NCBI GenBank assembly: GCA_043736875.1
Contig: JAYTBU010000035.1
Coordinates: 1 to 32,024 of the forward strand
DNA: 32,024 nt
Source of the DNA: a bacterium
GTDB taxonomy: Bacteria > Patescibacteriota > Minisyncoccia > Phycocordibacterales > UBA5272
Direction: 5' to 3'
Shown here: piece after piece, positions 17,863 through 25,362 of the stretch
Layout: each line of letters starts with the position of its first letter
How positions within the stretch are numbered: position 1 is the first letter of the stretch
Notes under the pieces: model-generated
Seen by the model: only the letters and a program-made list of their open reading frames with translations
Database searches by the model: none
What the model was told of the DNA's origin: nothing
Made by a program: the position numbers and the translations under genes

Positions 17863-17937
17863 GATGCAGTGGCGAAGTGGTAACGCTGTGGTCTGCAAAA
17901 CCACCATGCGCGAGTTCGATTCTCGCCTGCATCTCCA
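17863..17937 (+). tRNA. tRNA-Cys (GCA)
   Basis: Acceptor GATGCAG/CTGCATC; anticodon arm GTGGT-CTGCAAA-ACCAC; T arm GCGAG-TTCGATT-CTCGC; U73; encoded CCA. Confidence 0.97.
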
Positions 17938-18986
17938 TGTTAGAAAAATTAAAAAACAAATTCTCAAATGATATAGGTATAGACCTCGGAACTGCTAATA
18001 CTCTGGTTTATGTTCGTGACGTAGGTATAGTGCTCAACGAGCCAAGTGTCGTAGCTGTTAATGTAAAGACTGATAGAATGGTAGCTATAGGTGAAGCAGC
18101 AAAACAGATGATGGGCAGAACCCCAACACATATCAAGTGCGTGAGACCACTAGTTGATGGTGTGATCAGTGATTATGAGATAACTGAGGAGATGTTAGGT
18201 TACCTTATTAACAAAGCTAACAATATACATAAAAAGTTCCTGCGCCCACGTGTTGTAGTTGGTGTGCCAGTAGGCATAACTAATGTTGAGACTAGGGCGG
18301 TATATGATGCTGCGCGCGCCGCAGGCGCGCGCGAAGTGTACATTATCGAGGAGCCTATGGCTGCAGCTATAGGTATCAAGATGCCAGTGCACGATGCAGA
18401 AGGTTCTATGATCATAGATATAGGAGGGGGTACAACTGACATAGCGGTCATCTCTCTCTCAGGTATAGTGAAAGCAAAGTCTGTGAAAATTGCAGGGGAT
18501 AAGCTAACTAGTGATATTGTTACTTATTTTAAAGATGATCATAAGCTTCTTATTGGAGAGAAAACAGCAGAAGATATAAAAGAAAATATAGGATCAGCTA
18601 TGCCTATTGGAGACCCAGCTGACATGATAGTACGTGGCCGCGATATGGTTTCTGGATTACCAAAAGAGATAACGATAAGCGACAGTGATATTAGAAAATG
18701 CATGTATCAGTCTATATCGTTAGTAATAGAATCAGTTAGGGAAGTAATAGAGATGACGCCACCAGAAGTTTTGATAGATATTATGAGAAAAGGTATAGTG
18801 GTTGCTGGAGGAGGAGCTTTGATCAAAGGCTTACCAGAATTAATGCAAATACAATTAAAAGTTCCTGTGCATGCATGTGAAGATCCTCTTACTGCTGTTG
18901 CACGTGGTTGCGGTATAATCTTAGAAGATGTAGAAAAGTATAGAGATGTTTTAATAAAAGACCATGAAGAAATCGCATTTAGATAA
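17937..18986 (+). CDS. mreB: Rod shape-determining protein MreB
   Basis: IGIDLGTANT, RPLVDGVI, EEPMAAAIG, IDIGGGTT and AGGGAL motifs. ATG 17937 gives the normal N-terminal length. Confidence 0.97.
   Translation: MLEKLKNKFSNDIGIDLGTANTLVYVRDVGIVLNEPSVVAVNVKTDRMVAIGEAAKQMMGRTPTHIKCVRPLVDGVISDYEITEEMLGYLINKANNIHKKFLRPRVVVGVPVGITNVETRAVYDAARAAGAREVYIIEEPMAAAIGIKMPVHDAEGSMIIDIGGGTTDIAVISLSGIVKAKSVKIAGDKLTSDIVTYFKDDHKLLIGEKTAEDIKENIGSAMPIGDPADMIVRGRDMVSGLPKEITISDSDIRKCMYQSISLVIESVREVIEMTPPEVLIDIMRKGIVVAGGGALIKGLPELMQIQLKVPVHACEDPLTAVARGCGIILEDVEKYRDVLIKDHEEIAFR
18312..18332 (+). repeat. Perfect 9-bp all-GC intragenic inverted repeat with C-GCA-G triloop
   Basis: GCGCGCGCC-GCA-GGCGCGCGC inside mreB. 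Confidence 0.85.
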
Positions 18987-19707
18987 TAATTTTTATACAA
19001 AGTTTTTTTTAGCAGTATCTATTTTTTTAATTATATACTATTTTTTTAATTATAATATTAAAAATTTTTTTATAAATAATTATGTAAATATTTATACTAA
19101 AATAAATCTCTTCAAAACTGAAAATACGAATCAGTTAAAAGCTCTAGATTTTGAGAAACAAAAATTAGAAAATAGAGTATTTGAGCTTGAGCAGTATATT
19201 AAAAATGCAAGCGATACAGCTTCTATATTAAATATGGGTCAAATAGAAGTTGTTGCAGCAAGTAAAATATCAAACAATTTTTTATCAAAAAATATAATAT
19301 ATAGCGATCTTATCCTGAACAAGGGTCTTGTCGAATATGTAAAAAATGATGATATGGTTTTTGTTTCAGGATTTAAACCTGTCGGTTTTATTTCTGAGAC
19401 ATATAACTCCTCATCAAAAGTCACCTTATTTACACAGGATAAATTAGAAACAAAAGCAGTAATTAAAATAGGTCAAGATTATATATCTTTAAAATTAATT
19501 GGTGACGGCACATTTGGATTTACTGCAAATGTACCAGACTCTATAAATCTAGAAATTGGTCAAGCTGTGTACACCAATAACTCTGATAATTTTTCTCTAG
19601 GTAATATTATTGACATTAAAAATGAAGACAGTACAAAAGAAAAAATACTTTATATAAACTCTAATTATTCTAATCATGAAGGTTCTGCCTTTTATGTTCA
19701 GATATAA
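18964..19707 (+). CDS. mreC: Rod shape-determining protein MreC (divergent)
   Basis: Position after mreB; TM helix, short coiled coil, then LILNKG...V...D.V...VG.I and V.LFT patterns. Confidence 0.75.
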   Translation: MKKSHLDNNFYTKFFLAVSIFLIIYYFFNYNIKNFFINNYVNIYTKINLFKTENTNQLKALDFEKQKLENRVFELEQYIKNASDTASILNMGQIEVVAASKISNNFLSKNIIYSDLILNKGLVEYVKNDDMVFVSGFKPVGFISETYNSSSKVTLFTQDKLETKAVIKIGQDYISLKLIGDGTFGFTANVPDSINLEIGQAVYTNNSDNFSLGNIIDIKNEDSTKEKILYINSNYSNHEGSAFYVQI

Positions 19708-19722
19708 ATCATTAAAGCTAAT

Positions 19723-19878
19723 ATGAAAAAGAATCACCTTAAAATATTTTCACTTATTATTTTCCTAGCATCCATTTTAATAGATATTTTGTATTCGGGT
19801 TTTCTGCCTATTTATAGTATAATGTGTTTAGTTTTATATATAATCATACATGTCACTATTCCATATATTCGCAAATAA
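19723..19878 (+). CDS. 51-aa two-TM protein in the mreD position (mini-MreD candidate)
   Basis: Translated by hand: MKKNHLKIFSLIIFLASILIDILYSGFLPIYSIMCLVLYIIIHVTIPYIRK. Fills the mreC-mrdA gap and overlaps the mrdA start. Confidence 0.6.
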   Translation: MKKNHLKIFSLIIFLASILIDILYSGFLPIYSIMCLVLYIIIHVTIPYIRK

Positions 19879-21568
19879 AAATAAGAGAAATACAAAAGAA
19901 ATAGACCCAGAAGATATTTTTTTAGAGTCTACAAATCTTTCAAATCTTGATCAGGATAATTTTGAGGGGCGTTTTGAAAAGCTTATAGAAAAAAAACTTT
20001 TTTATTTTATAGCAGCATCTTTAGTTCTGGTATTTAGTTTTTTTACTTATAAAGCAAGTTTGATACAAGTAAAAGATTATGAGAAGTGGAGTAATTTGGC
20101 TGACAAAAATTACCTAAAAAAGACCCCGATATTTCCTAGTCGCGGTGTAATAAAAGATAGAAATGGAGAGCTGTTGGTGTGGAATGAAGATGTTACAAGC
20201 TCCACCAATACTATATCAAGTAGATTTTATACAAAAGATTTAGGTATCTCTTCTTTGCTTGGATATGTCTCGTACCCTAAAAAAGATAAGTCTGGACATT
20301 TTTGGCAAAATGATTATATAGGTTCTGCGGGATTGGAAAAAAAATACAATGACGTACTCTCTGGAGTTAATGGTGAAAAAGTTATAGAAATAAATGCTAA
20401 CGGTACCATAGCAAAAGATAATATATTAAATAAACCAGTAGATGGTAAAAATGTAGAGACTAATATAGATGCGCGTCTTCAAAAAATATTTTATAACAAA
20501 CTAAGAGACGTCGTAGATGTTCAGGGTTTTGATGGTGGTGCTGCAGTTATGATGAATGTAAATACGGGAGAGGTGCTAGCTCTTGTAAGTGTCCCAGATT
20601 TTGACAGTAACATATATGCAAATGCTACAAATACAGAAGACAAAAAAATTAAAAATAGTTATTTGGAAGATGTTAGGACTCCTATGTTAAATAGAGTTAT
20701 TAACGGCTCATACGTTCCTGGATCTGTTGTAAAGCCGTTCATGGCTTATGCTGCACTTTATGAGGGTGTTATAGGTGAGTATGGCAATATATATTCTAGT
20801 GGGCAGTTAGTTATAAAAAATAAATATGGTGGACCAGATACTATTTTTCGTGACTGGAAAGCTCATGGTTATGTAGATGCTAGAAAAGCTATAGCAGAGA
20901 GTAGTGACGAGTATTTTTATCAAGTTGGAGGTGGCTACATGGATCAGGCTGGAATAGGAATAAATAAAATAGAAAAGTATATGAAGTTTTTTGGATTTGC
21001 TAGTAGTACAGGTATTGATTTTCCTTCAGAAAAAATCGGAATAGTCCCGAGTATAGAATGGAAAAAGAAAAATTTTGCTGAAGGTGATTGGCTACTTGGT
21101 AATACCTATCACACATCTATAGGGCAATATGGATTCAAGACGACACCACTAGAGTTAGTGAGATCTATAGCTATCATTGCTAATGGTGGTAGGTTAGTTA
21201 TTCCAAAAATTTTGAAAATAAAAAACCTGGAAGAAGTAATAACTATGCAGACAGATTTGAAACTTGATCAAAATATATTAAAAGTTATGCGTGAGGGTAT
21301 GCGAGGTGCTGCAGGTGAGGGAGGTACAGCGCATTATTTTTCTGATTTACCTTTTAAAGTCAGTGCAAAAACTGGTACAGCGCAGCTCGGTTTTAATAAT
21401 GAAAGAGTTAACAGCTGGTCTAGTGGATACTGGCCCAGCGAAAATCCAAAATACGCTTTTGTATTTATGATGGAGGATGGTCCAGCGAGTAACAAAGTAG
21501 CAAGCAGCAAGATAATGAGGCACGTCTTTGGGGACATTCTAGAGACTTTACCAGAATATACAAAGTAA
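19850..21568 (+). CDS. mrdA: Penicillin-binding protein 2 (class B transpeptidase)
   Basis: RGVIKDRNG, G..GLEK.Y, PGSVVK (SxxK), SSD and KTGTAQ motifs; mre cluster context. Confidence 0.92.
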   Translation: MSLFHIFANKNKRNTKEIDPEDIFLESTNLSNLDQDNFEGRFEKLIEKKLFYFIAASLVLVFSFFTYKASLIQVKDYEKWSNLADKNYLKKTPIFPSRGVIKDRNGELLVWNEDVTSSTNTISSRFYTKDLGISSLLGYVSYPKKDKSGHFWQNDYIGSAGLEKKYNDVLSGVNGEKVIEINANGTIAKDNILNKPVDGKNVETNIDARLQKIFYNKLRDVVDVQGFDGGAAVMMNVNTGEVLALVSVPDFDSNIYANATNTEDKKIKNSYLEDVRTPMLNRVINGSYVPGSVVKPFMAYAALYEGVIGEYGNIYSSGQLVIKNKYGGPDTIFRDWKAHGYVDARKAIAESSDEYFYQVGGGYMDQAGIGINKIEKYMKFFGFASSTGIDFPSEKIGIVPSIEWKKKNFAEGDWLLGNTYHTSIGQYGFKTTPLELVRSIAIIANGGRLVIPKILKIKNLEEVITMQTDLKLDQNILKVMREGMRGAAGEGGTAHYFSDLPFKVSAKTGTAQLGFNNERVNSWSSGYWPSENPKYAFVFMMEDGPASNKVASSKIMRHVFGDILETLPEYTK

Positions 21569-21699
21569 AAGAAATTAGCATTAAGTCAATAGTGATAAAT
21601 ATTCTAAAAAATGGTATGATATAAACAAGTAAGAATCTATAAAAATAAAAATTACTCTTAATTAAATCTTAAAAATAAAATAATAGCCAAAATAAATAT

Positions 21700-22167
21700 A
21701 TGGAAGAAAAAGAATACATCACCTTAGAAAAAAAAGAATTGCTGGATATAGAGTTAAAAGAATTAACAGAAGTGAAAAGAAAAGAGATAGCTAGTGCATT
21801 AGAATATGCAAAGTCTCTCGGTGACCTATCAGAGAATGCCGAGTATCATCAGGCTCGTGAGGATCAAGCTCACTTAGAAGACAGAATACGTGAGATAGAG
21901 CATATCCTTAAAAATGCTGAGATAACTGAGAGACATCATGCAGGAAAGGTTGAACTAGGTGCAACAGTATCAGTAAAGAAAAAAGGAGAAAAAACAGTTA
22001 GAAAGTTTCTTATGGTTGGAAGTGAGGAGGCTGATGTGGCCGCAGGCAAAATCTCAAATGAATCAGCTCTTGGAAAAGTATTATTAGGAAAAGTAGAAAA
22101 GGATGAGGTTAGTTTTACAAATCCAAAAGGTGAGGTTGTCACTTATGTTGTTGTGGATATAGAATAG
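21700..22167 (+). CDS. greA: Transcription elongation factor GreA
   Basis: GDLSENAEYH and KIS.ES.LG..LLG motifs. Confidence 0.97.
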   Translation: MEEKEYITLEKKELLDIELKELTEVKRKEIASALEYAKSLGDLSENAEYHQAREDQAHLEDRIREIEHILKNAEITERHHAGKVELGATVSVKKKGEKTVRKFLMVGSEEADVAAGKISNESALGKVLLGKVEKDEVSFTNPKGEVVTYVVVDIE

Positions 22168-22188
22168 TTTAAAATTTTTACTAGAAAA

Positions 22189-24192
22189 ATGAAACAAAAA
22201 ATATCCTTAAATCATGTTCGTAGTGAGTATCTGAAACATTTCAAAGAAAATGTTAATTTCCCACATGGGATAATAGCGAGTAGTCCGCTAGTGCCTGACA
22301 ATGATCCGACGACACTTTTTACAGGGTCTGGTATGCAGCCGATGTTGCCATATCTACTTGGGCAATCACACCCTTTGGGGAAAAGAATAGCAGATAGTCA
22401 AAAATGTTTCAGATCACAAGATATAGAAGAGGTCGGAGACAACAGGCACACTACATATTTTGAAATGCTCGGCAACTGGTCACTCGGTGATTATTTTAAA
22501 ACAGAGCAGATAGATATGATGTGGGATTTTCTTATAAACAAAATAAATCTTGATCCCAAAAATCTATACATATCAGTTTACAAAGGCAATGAAAAGCTGG
22601 GTATAGGTCAGGATATGGATGCGGTAAAAGCTTGGCAAAATAATTTTGCAAAGTATTTTAATGTTAGTGCAGAGGAAATAAAAGTAGGACAAAATCCAGA
22701 AGTTGATGGCATGAGAAATAGTGAAAAGATGTTTGCATATACTGATAAGAAAAATTGGTGGAGTAGAGCTGGTGTGCCAGACAATATGCCTGTCGGCGAA
22801 CCGGGTGGTCCTGACACAGAGATGTTCTATGATTTTGATCCAGAAAATAAAGAGCAAGTTCATGAGAAAAGTCAATGGTCAAAAGATGTCTGTAATCCTA
22901 ACTGTGACTGCGGTAGATATGTCGAGATAGGTAACAATGTATTTATGCAATACAAAAAGAGAGAGAGTGGCGTCGAGGAGCTTATGCAGAAAAACGTGGA
23001 CTTTGGTGGTGGCCTCGAGCGTATAGTCGCAGCATGTAATAATGATAGTGACATGTTTAACATAGACGCTTTTGACAATGCTAAAAATATTTTAGAAAAT
23101 ATGTCTAACACAAAATATGTGAGTGATAAAAATGTTACTTTTACAGACCTTGCTCATCCGACTTTTGCTTATCGTGTTGTGCTGGATCATGTGCGCGCTG
23201 CGACTATGCTGATCGGTGACGGTGTTTACCCGGGTAACAAAGATCAGCAGTACTTTGTGCGCAGACTGATTAGGCGCGCAGTCAGATTTGCTAGAAATAT
23301 CGGCATCAATCAAAACTTTACAGCAGAGGTGGCACAGACTTTTATAGATTTTTACAAGAGTCACTATACATATTTAAATGATGAAAATAAAATATTGGAA
23401 ATCAAAAAAATAATAGATGATGAAGAGAGTAAGTTTCGAAAGACACTTGAGTCAGGTCTGAAAGAATTTGAAAGGCTTTGTAAAACAAAAAATCAGTGGA
23501 AAGAAAACATGAAAGAAGGTTCTGTTAATTTTGATATTAGCGGAGAAGATGCTTTTAATTTGTTACAAAGTTTTGGATTCCCAATTGAGCTTACTTGTGA
23601 ACTTGCAAAAGAAAGAGGTTTGACTGTAGATATGGTTTGGTTTAATGCATTAAAAAACGAACATGCTGAGAAGAGTAGAACAGCGAGTGCCGGCAAGTTC
23701 AAGGGTGGCATGGGTGGTGACGGTGTGATAGAGATAAAGTATCACACAGCGACACATATGTTACATCAAGCACTAAAGATGGCACTAGGAGAAAGTGTGC
23801 AGCAAAAAGGTAGTAATATAACTAGCGAGAGACTGCGCTTTGACTTTGCATTTGAAAGAAAGATGACAGAAGAGGAAAAACAAAAAGTAGAAGAAATAGT
23901 AAATGAAAATATCACCGCAGATCACAAGATGATACGCGAAGAGATAAGTTACGATGAGGCCAGAAGCAGAGGTGCTATAGGACTTTTTGATAATAAATAT
24001 GGTGATAAAGTTTCTATCTATCATATGGGTACAGAGAGTACAGGGAAAAACCGTGGAGACGAGGGTCTATTTTCTATAGAGTTCTGTGGTGGTCCACATG
24101 TAGAGAGTACTGGGGATATGGGCGTATTTAAAATAGTAAAAGAAGAAGCGGTGAGTGCGGGAGTGAGACGTATAAAAGCTGTTTTAGGATAG
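22189..24192 (+). CDS. alaS: Alanine--tRNA ligase (short form)
   Basis: LFT.SGMQP, RHTTYFEMLGNWS, GPDTE and DFGGGLER motifs; editing motifs HTATH and CGGPH; ends at GVRRIKA. Confidence 0.97.
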   Translation: MKQKISLNHVRSEYLKHFKENVNFPHGIIASSPLVPDNDPTTLFTGSGMQPMLPYLLGQSHPLGKRIADSQKCFRSQDIEEVGDNRHTTYFEMLGNWSLGDYFKTEQIDMMWDFLINKINLDPKNLYISVYKGNEKLGIGQDMDAVKAWQNNFAKYFNVSAEEIKVGQNPEVDGMRNSEKMFAYTDKKNWWSRAGVPDNMPVGEPGGPDTEMFYDFDPENKEQVHEKSQWSKDVCNPNCDCGRYVEIGNNVFMQYKKRESGVEELMQKNVDFGGGLERIVAACNNDSDMFNIDAFDNAKNILENMSNTKYVSDKNVTFTDLAHPTFAYRVVLDHVRAATMLIGDGVYPGNKDQQYFVRRLIRRAVRFARNIGINQNFTAEVAQTFIDFYKSHYTYLNDENKILEIKKIIDDEESKFRKTLESGLKEFERLCKTKNQWKENMKEGSVNFDISGEDAFNLLQSFGFPIELTCELAKERGLTVDMVWFNALKNEHAEKSRTASAGKFKGGMGGDGVIEIKYHTATHMLHQALKMALGESVQQKGSNITSERLRFDFAFERKMTEEEKQKVEEIVNENITADHKMIREEISYDEARSRGAIGLFDNKYGDKVSIYHMGTESTGKNRGDEGLFSIEFCGGPHVESTGDMGVFKIVKEEAVSAGVRRIKAVLG

Positions 24193-24228
24193 AGTCACCT
24201 CTTCCATTTTATGTTATAATATATTGAT

Positions 24229-25262
24229 ATGCATACTCAGGAAGACTTAAGGGTATTCTATACAAAACAAGTAGCAAGTATTGTGCGTAAGATAAGATAT
24301 TATTACCAATCGGCTAAGTCAGACTTGATACATTCTAAAATTAATGAAGCTAAATACAGGCAGTTAAAAAAACGAGCCCTGATGATGTTAGTTGATTTTC
24401 ACCTAGCATACTCAGGCGAAATTATAAAAAGAAACAACACTTCAAAAATAAATTATACTTCAAAAATTCTAGGTATGTCTGAGAGTCAAATATCACTTTT
24501 AGCTCTCGAAAAATGGGAGGATAATGTTATTACTTCACGGGATATTATTGAATTATGTCAAGACATATACAACAAAAGCCTAAGTATGCTGGAGCCAAAA
24601 ATACAAAAAGGTGAAGAGTATATAAAAGGTGTTCATGTCAGTGAATACAAAGTTGGTGGTAAAGAGCTGGTAATCATAGTGCCCGGTCTGCCGCATATTT
24701 ATGAAGAAACAGAAACACCACTTTTTTTAATATACATGGATATGATGTGATTAATTTTTCATATAAAGGATCAGTACTAAGTGAGCAAAGTAAGATACTT
24801 GCTCCAGAAAAAGACCTCGAGACGCTGCTCGATTTTTATAAGGAAAAATACAAAAAGATAATTATCGTAGCGTGTAGTTTTGGAGGTTATGTGGCACTCA
24901 ATGCGACTTATCCAGAAGATGTTGTGAATAAAATATTTATTGTGTCAGGTGTAGTTAATTTTACTTCAGTAAAAGGAATAGAAACACTTCCAAAGTACCT
25001 GGCTTTGGAGAATCCTTTTATCTATAGTTGGGATGAAAAAAGAATAGAGCAGTATATTGAAACATCAACATATCCAAAAACTTTAGCTCAAAATGTGTAT
25101 TTTTTTCATGGCATAAAAGACGAGCAAATATCCTGCAGTGAAGTTTATAGATTCGCCAAGGAAAATAGTTATTCTTTTACAGAAATTGATGAGGGACACA
25201 TATCGCTTAGAAAGTTTTGTGCTGGCTATGTTAATGAATTTTATAAAATAATAAATAATTGA
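24229..25262 (+). CDS. Alpha/beta hydrolase with N-terminal unknown domain, split by a -1 frameshift (ORFs 24229-24750 and 24747-25262)
   Basis: ORF1 ends with LVIIVPGLP. The -1 frame continues FFNIHGYDVINFSYKGS...ACSFGG...HGIKDEQI...GH. Confidence 0.7.
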
Positions 25263-25302
25263 AGAAATTTTCTGTAAAAATAGATTATAGACATTGGTAA
25301 AT

Positions 25303-25333
25303 TAAAAAGCCCGCGCGAAGCGCGGGCTTTTTA
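25303..25333. terminator. Perfect 14-bp inverted repeat terminator (C-GAA-G loop)
   Basis: TAAAAAGCCCGCGC-GAA-GCGCGGGCTTTTTA. Confidence 0.85.
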
Positions 25334-25362
25334 TATGCTTATTTTAATGTTATAATAACAAC

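Noticed and set aside
17776-17884. 22-nt direct repeat as a CRISPR array or tRNA intron
   Set aside because: Only two copies, both tRNA-derived; no cas genes; the downstream tRNA is complete on its own.
17877-17936. 20-aa N-terminal extension of MreB in the ORF track, and antisense ORF 17696-17959
   Set aside because: Both are translations of the tRNA-Cys gene and its copy.
18964-19740. Similar starts MKKSHL (mreC) and MKKNHL (small ORF)
   Set aside because: The underlying codons differ, so there is no DNA-level duplication.
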